Below, in pieces: positions 50,870-64,000 of a DNA stretch of 64,000 bases; position 1 is the stretch's first letter, and each line of letters begins with the position of its first letter. Under the pieces are notes generated by a model that worked only from the letters and a program-made list of their open reading frames with translations, made no database searches and was not told the origin of the DNA. Origin of the DNA: Lingula anatina (lineage: Eukaryota > Animalia > Brachiopoda); contig CM120649.1 in NCBI GenBank assembly GCA_051362555.1, positions 11,098,001 through 11,162,000 on the forward strand. The letters run 5' to 3'. The position numbers were made by a program, and so were the translations under genes.

Positions 50870-52513
50870 CAAAAATGGTCAAAAAGGTTGTCCCACCTTC
50901 AGTATCATGTGATTTAATTCATAAATGCTCACATCACAGGTGTAGATTTTATAAATAGTGATTTTCATTCCAGATACCATAACTAACATGCTTAGTGACA
51001 CAGAAAATACAAACTAGCGGTGAAGATATCAATATTTAATACCATTTATTCACATTTATTACATGTACCCCCTCAATTCCGACGTTTCACTGTGATTTTC
51101 ACAGAGGTAAAGAAATGTCCATTAAATTGAAATACCACCACCAAATGTCACCAAATTGACACACATTTAGCATTAGGGTGTGCTCGTTAAAGGCTCCTTG
51201 TCTAATAGCGTTTGTGTTAACCGCGTACTGTAGGTGGCGGGCCCTGCCATCAACAAGGGTAATAATTCTGTTTTATGGGATATTGTCCCATTATTCCTAA
51301 GGAGCTTGGTCCAGATTATTAGGAGTTTGGTTTTCCTATGCATTGCACACTTCAATTCATGCCACATATGTTAAGTAAGGTTAAAAACATGGCTCAAAGG
51401 TGGTTGCTCTATCCTCTGAACGTTGGGTTTGTGCAACAAATCACTCAGCAGACGAGAGTTGTGAGCACGTGCATTTCCACGATGACGCCTGCAGTATCCC
51501 TGAAGCCACCTCTTGCAAATGGAGTGATATAATTGTTGAGAACGTTTCAGTGAATTACCCCAATGACGTTTTTTTTTTCCGGAAAGAACAATGCACTAAA
51601 ACCATGGGCTTGGAATTCTCTCCAAACGTGGTCTGACCTGACACCTCAGGCGATACCATCCTGTACAAACCTTCCAAAAACATTCTGCAACATGTCTACG
51701 GGTCCAAATTTGACCATCGAAGGCATACAAGAAAGGCCTTGATTCTTCAACAAAACCAACTTGTTCCTAGTGATGGTTGACCAAGTTATCATAGTTCTGG
51801 GGTCACTGAACCTAACATTGTCAACTGATACCTCATTCCATCTGCAAGAGGGGACTTCGGGGCTGACCCATGCTTCACCATGACAGCACACTTGCACACA
51901 GTTGTCATGTGGTGAGTGATTTGTTGCAGAAACCCAATGTTCTGAGGGTGGAGAACCATCTTTGAATCCTGATAATAAACCTACTGAGCACCCGTGGCAT
52001 GAACTGAAGTGTGCAATCCAGAGGATAACCAAACCCCAACTAGTCCGGACAATTCCGCCATACTTTTTAGGAAACATGAGGCAAAATGCCACAAAACAGA
52101 ATTGTAACCCTTGTTGAAGCTGGGGCGCCGTCTACAGGAGATAATTCTGGTGCACGGTAACCACACAGGCTAATATATAGACACATGACCTTTAACGAGC
52201 GCACCCTAATGCTAAATGTGTGTAAATTTAGTTACTTTTGGTGATGTCATTTCAATTTAATGGGCATTTCTTTACCTCCGTGGAAATGATAGTAGAACAT
52301 CTGATTTGAAAGGGTACATGTAATAAATGTGAATAAATGGTATTAAATATGGATCTCGTAACTGTTAGTTTGTATTTTCTGTACCAATAATCATGTTAGT
52401 TATGGTATCTGGAAATAAAATCACCATTCATAGCAATTAACTCTTGTGATGTGATCATTTATAAATAAAAGCACATGAAACTGGGGGTGGGGCAACCTTT
52501 TTGACCAATGTTG
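50870..52513. mobile_element. Palindromic (foldback) Tc1/mariner derivative made of two transposase 3' halves
   Basis: TA|CAAAAATGGTCAAAAAGGTTGTCCCACC ... GGTGGGGCAACCTTTTTGACCAATGTTG|TA; inverted similarity extends ~680 bp inward; WHELKCA(M/I) transposase remnant on the minus strand (~51365) and on the plus strand (~51995). Confidence 0.85.
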
Positions 52514-55500
52514 TATATACAAACTTGACATTAAATATGGAATATTTCAGTTTTAAAGGTATAACTAGGTTAAAATGCGTTATTAAATAAAAACTCAGAT
52601 CTCACGTAAGATATCTGTCTGGAGAAGTATGAAGTCTAGTGTGTCGCTACCAATTAACTGACTACCAAATCTGTTGCACTGTTGCATTGTGTAATATGCA
52701 GTGATTTAATATTGGATAGTGCTCCTTTGGGCTGGTCAAAGCTTGTCTTTGATGAAGCATGGTTCTTTCAAAAAAGTATTCATATGTCGGCAACTACTGA
52801 ATTGCAGAATAAGCAGTGTTTTATAAAATTAAAAGCTGTGTCAGAAAGGCGCCAAAATGACAGACATTGCCCAGCCCAGACTGATTCACCTACCCAGAGA
52901 ACACGCCCAATGTATCGACATCTTACCACCAGGGTACAGGACTCACTGTCCTTCAGGATATGCTGCTGCAATTAAACCAAAACCACCCAGTCCGTTTTGA
53001 ATGAGGGGCAAATTGTAACCAAAACGCGTTTTTCAAGGCTCTTAGCGAACACCGAGAGGGTTTCAGCAGGTAAGGATATCAGGCGACCTCTGAGGAAGCC
53101 ACTGTAAACAACAAAACAGCGTAGTCTGTTTCTCTAATGAATTGGGGACCATGACCGTTTCTTGGTAGAACACTGAAACCGCGTGGTTTTCTTTATTGAG
53201 GTCAGATTTGACCTGTTTTGACCGCTAAACTGTTCAAAACAGAGTTTACAGACATCCTGAAGAGACATACGACAAGGCCTGTGCCACGTCTTAAGTGACT
53301 AGGGTCATTGACAGCGTCACTATTTGTAGTGGACACCTCATTGGTGCCAAATCACTAATAGAAGTCATCGATGAAAACCTGAACCAGATCAAATAAAGGA
53401 ATACTCTGGGAACCACTTGACTATCATTTGATGGGGGCAACTTAGGAACAATTTTAAGTTGCACGATGAGATTGCCGCTTCACACAGAGCACTTTTAATA
53501 GCAGATAACTTACAGAACCAAGGGAATGAACAGCTACTATGGTCATCAAAATCGGCATATTTAAACCACATAGACAACATGTGGGTGGGTCATTACTCGC
53601 CGAATCAACGGCCTGCTTGTCCTACAACACAACTGAACCAAACTGGACAAGTTTTAACTGTTGCCTCGAATATTATCCCAGATTAAACTCTATAAACTTA
53701 TCCTAAGGAATGCCTTGCCGCTTGAAAGCTCTGGTACCAGCAAGATGAGCTGTGACTAGACACTGATATGAGGGGCCTTTGTGGGGCGTGTAATTCTTTT
53801 AAAGAATAATTTAGAAAACATGGAGATCCAAAATATCGCTTTCAATGGTTGTCTTATGACATAAAATAGGCAATGTATTTTTGTTTGCTTCATTGGCGAA
53901 TTCAATTAATGAAATGATGTCCCAATGATATCAGACAGATTATCAAAAGTTTTTAAAACACGATTTTAATCCTTATTTTCATTTATCAGTCAGCAAAATA
54001 GGAAAAAACTGATGAATTATGATTTGGGGGAAATATTCCATGTTAAATGTCAAGTCTGTTGTATTTTATAAACATTGGAATGGCATATGGCATATCATAC
54101 TCACAAGGTTCTATATTAAGATTAGAAAAATTGTAGTTGGAATAATTTATCAATATATAGTAGTCTAAGAAGATCTTTTAAAGATCAAATCTTTAAGAAA
54201 AGCACATTTTCTTCAAACCTTTAAAATGTCATACCTGTTTTCATAAGAATGGTACGTCAAGGTCTACTGTAGCTCTATTGATAGTCACCCCAGTATGAAT
54301 ATAATCTGAATCCTTTGTCTATCATATATCCTTATTATGTACAGGCAGCGCCTCCCTGAAGCAACTCCAAGCTACGTGTACAGTAAAAACGAAATATGTC
54401 CGTACATGGAACTGCGCTACGTGTAAAATGCAACCAAATGGACTAGTCAGGCACCAGTGCACATGCAAAGCTCTCAACACATCAGAGCTTCTAGATGTTT
54501 TTATTTTATGCACTGTGAAGTTGCCTTCAACGTCCTTTAATGTGTTTTTAATCCTATGTTAAAGTAAATGTCCCGTACCATGCTGCAATATAACGCAGGA
54601 CTGTATACACACTTTGGTAGGGAAAGACTAAACTTTGTTCGTTCAAATCGTGCTTCAATATATTTTTTTGATCGGATACAAATTGCTTGTTTTCGTGTTT
54701 CACAGTCTCAGAACAAAAACAAACAAACACGTATTACTTGGAAGACAGTTCGGTTAATTTCTGTGAGTCGATCAATTCAGTCAATCACTCGAGAATGGGC
54801 GTATATCTTTAACGTGACAATCAATTTGAATAGCGCGTGCATTATTTGCACAGTGTAACATATAATGGACAACTAAAAGGCACCAAACATCCCGCGTTGT
54901 TGAAGTTAGTATTGTCACAATTATTTTTATACTTATCATACTCATTATTATTATTATTGTTGTTGTTGTTGTTGTTGATGATGATGTATCATTATCACCG
55001 TGACCAAAATGCTATATCAAAAAAAGTGCCACTCCAATTGTTTCGACTCAGCCACAGCGAAGTAACATGTCTAAATCACGCTCACTCATGCCTAATCAAG
55101 TTGTAACCACAGACGCCACAGGCGTATTTAAAGCTGTTCATCTTCGACTCATTATAAACTATTTCTATACCTGCTCCAGCTGAAACCGCCTAGATGAGAT
55201 ATTGCTTATTGTTGGGATAACAGTGTACTGACCTTCATAATAGTGATTTCATGGCCAAACTTTTTTCTGTGAACTTTAATTGTTAATTAAGATACCGGTA
55301 TGTTAAATGTGTAGAAATTACTTTAGTGTCCGAGTTAAAATCATATTTTCTCAATATCAAGAACTGTGATCAAGATTTCAAGGATAGTTTTATTTGCAAT
55401 AGGATTGAATAACATCAATTATGACGTCATCTTCCACTTTTTCGTATGCAGTGTCCAATAAAATAACTCTTACTTATTGTATTTTAAAATTGCCTGGTGG

Positions 55501-55963
55501 TTTCCGCAATTTTTTAAATATTAATTGTTGTATTTTTTATTACTTACATATACATATTATCTCTGATTTCGGTTGAAAAGTTGTTCAGAACTCATGTATA
55601 TTGTTTTATACCACACCATACCCCTGAAAAGAAAGATCTATCTATCTGTCTATTGTCAAAAAGCCTTTGATCTGTGGCACCTATAGCTAGAATACCCGTG
55701 TTGTCGTTGATGACTCCAGATCTCTGCCAAAGAAACAAATGTAAGAATCGGCAATTTAGTTATCCATTGAGCTATTTTAAAAACAAATATGCTGGCCTCT
55801 AGAAATCAACCAGTAGGACTTTATTAAACTTCCGGTAGATTGTTTCCGTTTATGTGCTCAGCGCTTCACCTAGTCAATAAGTACCACATGATTGCATTGA
55901 GCGTTTATTTTGAACGCTGTTAGAGAAGACGAAAGACGTTTAAATGGGTTTTAATGCTCGAAA

Positions 55964-58476
55964 ATGGAAATGAATACAACGTTTCGTACCCTGTGCCTAC
56001 TATTTTTCTGTGCACTGCATCCAGCGACTGGTATTTCGTTCCAAGATGGGTTCTTTCAGATGCAGAATGGGTTCAAATTGGCAAACGGCGTCTTCAACGA
56101 CGCACTATCCGCTACGCTTCAAGCGCAATCTCGCTCCCAATGCACGCTATTCTGTCTGCAGCTTGGGCCAGCTACCTGTGTATCTGTAAACTATCATAAA
56201 GCAAGTCACACATGTGAGATTAACGACAAGACGATCTACGATGATGCTGACACCATCCCCATTGACGCCAATGACTGGGTTTATCTTAATCCTGAGCTAG
56301 GTAAGAGATCTTGGTGATATACAGAAGAAACTGCATCCCCATTTTAATGACTCCAAGAGTTCAAAGGTTTAAATATCCTTGCTGATTTAGGATATATTTC
56401 GGTTTGACTTTTTTGTAAATGGATTTTGATATACCGATACCATGCATCATTTCAATTTTTTTTGTTATATCTTTTTATTATCGGTGAGTTAAACTGTTCT
56501 GTCCCTATTATATGACTTATGCATGTTGTTAACATATGTAAGCTAGCACTAATATTAGTGTTGTTAAATATAAATGATAAATATGGGGAACAGCGTTCTT
56601 GGATCTTAAAGAAAACCTAATGATAGTTACAGTACACAGTGAGAGATTAAAAAAAGAAAACATATCTCTGTGATTGAAAAAAATATGTATGTACCAGAAC
56701 GCCAATTTTTTATTCTAATGTACGTGTAAGTATACCCAGAACCTGGTGAATAAATAAGTAAATCGTATTTAAAGAGACTTAACGTGTTTTTTTAATAATG
56801 AAGCATGCGTGGCGGTTGCAGCTACATTGTATCATCAAAGGACTTTGATCACATGACTGACTTGTTGATGGGAGTTCAAAGACGTGAGGATGTCATTGTA
56901 TATTGGAAATGGAGTGGGAGGGGGGGAGGAGTAGCAGCCCTTGGTCGCGGTTCAGTTTCAAGTTTGGTCTCTTAGGAAACTATGTACGATTTGTTTGAGG
57001 AAATACTCTGTCACCCTAGCGATATAAGCCAGAACAATGTGACAGTGTATCATTTCAATTACATACCCAGACGGAGTACTCGCAATTGACCGAAAAACGC
57101 CCCTGAATCCGAAAAAAGTGATCCGTATATAGCCACGGTTACAAAACACCTCTTGTTATGTATACTTCTTTCGATTTATGTTTCACGTCTTTATACTGGA
57201 AGCAACGTGAAACCTATTTTTTTTCATAAAAAGTGTACAGTTAATTTTTTGAGCATTACCATTTCTCCTCAGGTCCGCCACATGCACCAATGATTGTGTC
57301 TGTGAACACGACAGTCCTGCATTCCGCAGTGGTCACGTGGGTAGCAGGAAACAATGGCGGTTTTGACCAAATCATTACCCTAGATATTAAAGAACGCACC
57401 GCAAACGACAGTGCCTACGAAACAAAAATGATCATGGCAGACCCGGGACACCGTGATCACGTGACGACACTTGTGACGAATTTAAATAGGAGTTCAGTCT
57501 ACACACTGAGAATGACGTCAGCAAACTCAAGACCTTATGGAGTGAATTCGACTTCAGTCTTCGTCAACTTTACCAACGGTAAGGTTTTTACTCTTTACAC
57601 GTTTTATATTGTTTATCGACTACCCTTTTTATTTGAATTTTCTTTTCTTTTCTTTCCGTTTTTGTGACAGCAATGGTATAATGTAAGTGGTTTCGCATAA
57701 TGATTTTGGACCAGAATCCTATATAAAACTTGCCATTGAAGTAGCGGACGGATTTTTCAAAATATTTCAGCATTGTTCCTACATCATCAAAGTAAATGGT
57801 ATAAAAATCCGATGGAAAATTGTTATCTGTAGCCTCGTTTTCCTTAATTTTTAGCAACGTTGATGGCCGAAAAGGGGCGGATTATTTAAATGAATCGAAA
57901 TTAAAATAAAACATTTACTGAAAATGGCCGTGGACTTGAACAATCAGGACTGATAGAAACAAAGAAACAATGATATATACAGCTGTATAGTGATATGCAT
58001 GTACTTGTACATATGTATAATTGTATTTAACTAGTTCCATGACCGTCAGACTATCTAGACCACGCCGGAGCATGCAATTGCCTGAAAATAAAAAAAAAAA
58101 GTGAAATCTCTAAGTGGCATTGCTAACTTTTAATTTCCCTATATATTATAAACAAAACGAACTTAGTCTCGTGTGTGAGCTATGGAATAGTGATATCATT
58201 TTCAGGAGGAAGGGACTGCGCAGAGCTTTATACGAGAGGTGTGGCTAGTAGTGGAGTATACATGATTACACTGGCAGACAACTCGGCTTCCTTTGAAGTC
58301 TACTGTGACATGACTACTGACGGAGGAGGATGGACGGCATGTTTTTTTTTATTATTCTGTACATGAGAATTTTAACATTTGCCATTTCGTATGCATATAC
58401 ATTAGCCGTACTGTAAGGCTCTGTTTATGGATGCTTGTGGTCATGTGAGAAATCCATGGGTGAAGGTTAATATGTC

Positions 58477-58520
<44 letters not shown>

Positions 58521-60239
58521 TGCGCCTGTACTGAAGTATGTGTGTGGTTTTCTTAGCAAAAGGGGTTATTAAAAAATAACTATCTGATTTAAAAAAAAAA
58601 ATAAAGTATATATATTAAAAAATTATAAACGTTTCTCGTCGATTTTCATATTATGTATGCTTCATGTATTTTTGCAGCTGTTTCAGAAGCGTATGGACGG
58701 TTCCGAGGATTTCTACAGGGACTGGCAGGATTATAAGGTTGGCTTTGGAAATTTGGACGGAGAACATTGGCTAGGTAGAATAATAAAAATTTTAACAAAA
58801 GTATAGTATAGAGGGTGGATTTGTCAATTGAAAATTAAATTTGTTTGTTATTTAAACTAAGTCAATTCTCAGAACTCGCCTGGCAAAATGAAAAAATAAA
58901 AATTAGAAAATTAAAACGATGAATATTGCGATCAGTCAAAACTGTTTTTGAACTTGAGAGGCAAATCCAAGGCGAAAAAGGTATAAAATTGTACATGTAC
59001 TTCTGGATTCCAATTTTTCTCTAATATTTTATCAAAATTTATGAAGAAATGTATTAAATGCGACATATACAAACACACCAATCAACGCCTATGAAAGACC
59101 AACCTTCTTTGTCGGAAGAAACAACTAGACCGACATTTTCGTCTCTTGGTAGAAATCAATACGCCTTTTGTCACAAATTAAACTTAGTAAAACTTGTCAC
59201 TTGTAACGTGAGAAAAAGACCTATTGATCTCCATCATCTACCAAACTGATGAAAAATTTTAAACGTGTGCCTTTTGTCTTTCCAGGCAACGACAAGATCC
59301 ACCATCTAATTGAACAAGACAGCTATGAGCTGCGTGTGGATATGGAGGACGCGGACGGTGTCTGGTCATACGCACACTATGACAACTTTGCCATCTCGGC
59401 AGAGGACACAAATTATCGTTTGACCATTGGAACCTACTCAGGAAACGCTGGTACTTTCTGCAGATTTTATTAGCAAATAAGTATAAAATAAACACTAAGC
59501 TTGATGGCTGATCGATTAATGATATAGGCTATAAGGAATAATTACAGTGAAACAGGACTAATTATCAATATTCTATTTTCCGATAATTATCAATAAAGCT
59601 ATTAATACATTGATATTTATGTTGTCAGTAAAGCAAAATATCCCATTCTACTCTAGAGGCAAGGTCCTTCTGTGGATTTCCCTGTGTTAATATACACTGA
59701 CACAATCATAATCAGTCTACCAGTCTGTCTAAATCAGTACCATTTTAAATCTTTCAAGATTTAAAAGTCTGTTATATTCCCAATAGTGAAAAGTAGTCTT
59801 TTATCCTATGTACAGTGATTTTAAAAGTTCAAGTAGCAGGCTTTCAACTTGATTTTATTCAAACATATGAATTATTTTTATTATTGAGATGTTCTTATCA
59901 TTTTATGTACAACTTCAATTCACTGGGTTGCAATCTTAATAAATTATTATTATTATTGCGCTTATTCCCTTTTCTTCTCAAGGCGATTCGTTGGATTGGC
60001 ACAACGGACGAGATTTTACCACCAAGGACAGAGATAACGACCAACATGCAAATAACTGCGCACAGATGTACAAGGGAGCTTGGTGGTATGCCTCGTGCCA
60101 TTCTTCCAATTTGAATGGCATGTACTTTCTAGGTCACCACGGCGCAACCGCACAGGGCGTCAACTGGCATGGCTTCAGGGGTCACTCCCATTCCTTGAAG
60201 ACGACAGAGATGAAGATTCGCCCCGTTGGCTTCAACTAA
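55964..60239 (+). CDS. Secreted fibrinogen-related protein: signal peptide - PAN/Apple - FN3 - fibrinogen C-terminal domain (~430 aa)
   Basis: Exons 55964-56300 (signal; SRSQCTLFC...CVSVNY...TCEIN), 57273-57578 (PPHAP...[10 protein letters not shown]...[15 protein letters not shown]), 58206-58336 (RDC...SGVY...[15 protein letters not shown] donor), 58678-58774 ([20 protein letters not shown]...GEHWLG), 59286-59450, 59983-60239 (FTTKDRDND...CA....[15 protein letters not shown]...TEMKIRP); all phases consistent. Confidence 0.92.
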
Positions 60240-63200
60240 ATCTCAGCTGAGCGTAGCTGATCTATTGGTGGTATGATGAGTAGAAGCATTTATTCCAGTG
60301 TGAACTGCCTGTTACAGACGAGCAATAGTGTTGGCATGAATCGTCTGTATCAACTGAACAGTAACAGTGGGATTATTCCTAAGTCAATTTTTTGTTCCAA
60401 AAGAGCGACTTGTATATATGCACAACACTGTATGAAGGCTATTAATTGCATATCGAATCACCTGTATCAGACAAGTGGTATTTGGCTGGTATCAGATAAG
60501 TGATTACCATTTCAATTTGAGACACCATTCATGAAAACATTTTGACAATTATCATTGTTACCTTCTAGACAATTTTTGGTTGTACATGTTGCCTGATAGT
60601 GTATATTAAACCATATGTACCAAGGAAGATCAATGACTGAGAAGCGTTAATCCGAGTCAATAAAGTGGGTAAAGTGGGTTTTTGGACATCATTTACTTTG
60701 AAATTGCTAGATACATTAAGTACAAAATAAATCCAAAAACAAATGCTGTCTCTGTTACCTAGCAACGGCACCTTACTATTTGTCTATAATGCATACTGTA
60801 TGTGAAATGTTAGTAAGTGACAGCATGCAGCGAATAAGAGCGGGGGATGTTTTGTAGAGCAACTTTAGTTGATTGACATGCTCTCATGATATTTATACAA
60901 CTGTGCATAATGTAAACGGAGGAGAAAGCCGCTAGAGATTGAATGAGGTAGAAGTAGGAATAAAGGAAGCGGCACATGTAACAACTGGAAAGTAGTTAAT
61001 AAATTATAAGAAAGTCTATAACTGAGTTGTATTTGCTACCTCGCGTAACATGAAGAAGACAAGCTAATAACGTCGTCACATATGTGTCTGTTTTTTTCGT
61101 TCTCTACATGTATGTATGTACATATCTTGCATAATTAAGTCACTCATCTTTCCACCTTTAGACTCAAAAATTGATAAAGCCCGGCCCACCCTTTTAAAGA
61201 AGTACTTGCGTGTCGATATTAATGTACAGGATGACATGCATGTCCGCCCTAATATCTGGCCAGCTATTCTTAACTGAATTATTTAAACAGAAAGCAATAT
61301 AAAACATCGAATCTAAGTGCACCAAGTTCATACAAATGTTTCTGTTTATTTCTTTATTTATTTCTTTATTTCTTTATTTATTTATATTTGTTATCGCCAC
61401 ACCCCTTGGCCTGTTAATTAATTAACTAATTAATTTTGAAAGTATAAAGCCCCAGACTTAAAACCTGCTTCCTGTACGCCTGAAATATGTTAACCTCTCA
61501 AAGGGACATAAAAAGGTACAAACTGTGAAATATCCAGAGTTAACTGAACAGAGTTAATTGCCAGAGTTAAACAAAGGCGCACGATATATCTAGTACCTCT
61601 GAAACAGCGAACCATATTCGATCACGTTTGATCGCATTCACAAGGGCTGATAAACTAAGTAAACGGGGAAACACTTTGAAAGAGCGTCCTATCGATTAAC
61701 GTGCACAGTTACGTCACACGAGCTTTCATGAAAGTGAACGAATTTAACTAACAGCGAAAAGTAATATTTGCTGGTGATCAGTTTTAGAAATGTGCAGAGA
61801 ACTTTACATAGATCGTTAAACTACCTGTTTAATATTTCAATAACATCGCAGTCACAAGAGTTCAGGCTTTTTGAAACTAGATCACTCTTGTTTGTGCTGT
61901 AATTAGTTGCAGGATATAACTTTTAAAAACAAATAGTCTGGCCGTCAATATGCGTGGAAGACATTTGAGGTATCGTACGGTATAGAAACTCCAAAAGCGA
62001 TTCACAAGGGTCATCTACTGGTTAAATGTGTCGCTTCCTCAACTAAAAGTCAAGATAAAATAAATGTTTATTTAAATGGATGAGAATTGTCGTTTTGGTA
62101 AAAAGACGGGTTTTCCTGGAGTAAAAGAAATTTTCCATTGCTTACCAATGGTTGAATAAATCCATTCCGACATTCAAAGTTAGTCCATGATTTTTTTCTC
62201 AAAAAAATTTCTTTTGTAATAATCTCTTTGAAATTATTATGGAGGTATGCTCATCTATGAAGGTCCACTTTCTAGTGGCAAGCAAAGATTCCAAAATAAT
62301 TGCGATAACCACTGTTATGGTGGTAAAATGAGTTGTTTACTGTTTATTGTGAAATTAAATCTCGTATGTTATCCCTTTAAAATCTTCTTCGTTGTTTTAA
62401 AAGCTTGTAAACACACCAAGTTACATTGCCGAACATTCAATCAGTCTGAATCAGAAAGGTACACTAGAAACTCTTCTTTAATAACGATTTTACACCAGCC
62501 CACTTTAAAATGGAGAGACATTGTAACAAATTTTATGAAGACGGGTCTTTTATTATTATTGTCCAATTTTTTTTTTTTAGAATAAACTGCCTTTTTATAC
62601 ACGTATAATAATAATAGCTTTATTCAGTGTAGCGTATGCATCCTAAGGGTAGATGAAAATGACAATAATAATGTCATTATAAAAACTATACTTTTGAACA
62701 ATTATAATATATTATGAAAGCTGAAAAATTTAGAAGGACATTTGCTTAGGCCCAACTTACAATGTAATACTGTACTCCCTTTACTCCCCCCTCCTCCCCC
62801 AAAAAAGTGTGTCACCCCTAACGCAATGCGTTAAGCCTTGGTCACAACCGGACACACGAATTTCAGGATCATACATGTACATGTACGTGCCCTGCGAATT
62901 TTGGGTTAGGCAGTAGAATCCGTGGAAATCGTAGAGGAAAGGTTGCAATGGAAAGGCGTAAGTCTGCCTTGCGAGTCGCAGGGCCACGTGAGATGTCCTT
63001 TCAAGCAGGGATTGCAAGGTGCGATGGCCGTGGAAATTGTACTCATTTTTGTCTTGCTACTTGTGTGTTTGTCTTGCTACTTGTGTCCGTTTTGCCTCCT
63101 GTTCTCCCCTTCTTTCATCTTCCTCCTCCCTTTTTTTCTGCTCTCTAAGCTTCTTTCCTCTCCTTTTGGAGGCATATCGGAATCTGAAGTGAGCAAAATT

Positions 63201-64000
63201 CGACATTTTTGAAAATTGTTGTGCACGTTGCACATTCGACGCTACATTGCCGAGACACGAGCGTGCGTCGTGAGCACGTCTTCTATACTCTTGGCGTGGG
63301 GATGACGTGCGACGCACTCCTGCCGTGCTTTTGATTTGTTCGTTAGCTGTGAGAGTGTGCGCCGTACTCAACACGCAAAGGACACTTGCTCCTTCATTGC
63401 TTGCGACGCACATCTCACTTGCGAAGTACATTTATGCTATATTTTATTATTTACAAATGTTCTGCTTCTCTCAAATTCTTTAAAAACAAGAGAACCCTTT
63501 ATCTGCCTTTCTGTGTTAATTTTTACAAGATGTGCATTTGCTGAGTAGGCCTATCGTTTCTACATTACTTACTTCTTTATTTTTGATAGATTGAAGGAAT
63601 GTATAGTGAAATAGGGTCTATGTGCGCATTGGTTCAGTAAACAGACTTTTGGGTCAAGAATATTCCATTTTAAGTGAAAAAAATATAGATGAACAAAGAA
63701 CAAAACATTTTCGACAGTTTTAACCGGCCTCGATAAACTTCACCATGTAATGCATTTGAGATCCCCAGGCGGCAAAACCAGTGGCGGATTTCGATGGGGG
63801 GTGGGGGTTCTGCACCCCCCCCCCCCCCCCCCCCCCCATCTCCCTTCGTTTTCTTGTCCCTCTTGAAATTAAAATTTACGACTCAAAAAGTGTTTTTCGT
63901 CCCCAGGCAAATTGATAGTAACACGAAGACCTTTGCCTCCCGCATTTGGAAGAGTCCAATTTATGGACCAATCAAAATACCGTTACTATTTATAGACTTG

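Noticed and set aside
6323-60239. Scramblase + K+ channels + CARD + lectin as one apoptosis/immune operon-like system
   Set aside because: Mixed orientations, long transposon-filled spacers and no shared regulatory motif seen; adjacency alone is weak evidence in animal genomes without conserved synteny.
62781-63431. Hydrophobic plus-strand ORF and Lys/Arg/Glu-rich minus-strand ORFs
   Set aside because: Driven by pyrimidine-rich low complexity and interrupted by stops; may be a transposon fragment, but no family could be recognised.

Overview
AT-rich eukaryotic (animal) genomic DNA with spliceosomal introns, microsatellites and many transposon relics. The repeat and gene content suggests a marine invertebrate, probably a mollusc-like lophotrochozoan (inference only). 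Gene models assembled by hand from GT/GC-AG boundaries and phase continuity: a phospholipid scramblase (7 coding exons, +); three two-exon Shaw/Kv3-like K+ channel genes (one -, two +); a 158-aa orphan ORF inside that cluster; a ~973-aa secreted Pro-rich protein ending in a chitin-binding type-2-like domain; a CARD + coiled-coil protein; an intronless sulfotransferase-like gene with in-frame stops; and a signal-PAN/Apple-FN3-fibrinogen protein with a GC-AG intron. Mobile DNA includes two decayed DD34E Tc1 elements, a palindromic Tc1 derivative, a Dong/R4 fragment in a (TAA)n tract, an L2/CR1 fragment and about ten MITE-like elements. The best candidate for a new system is the Kv3 cluster: all three genes keep the K+ filter but share a PxS (not PVP) S6 gate and a rewired voltage sensor. 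No rRNA, tRNA or CRISPR array is supported. No database searches were run; family calls rest on recognised motifs.
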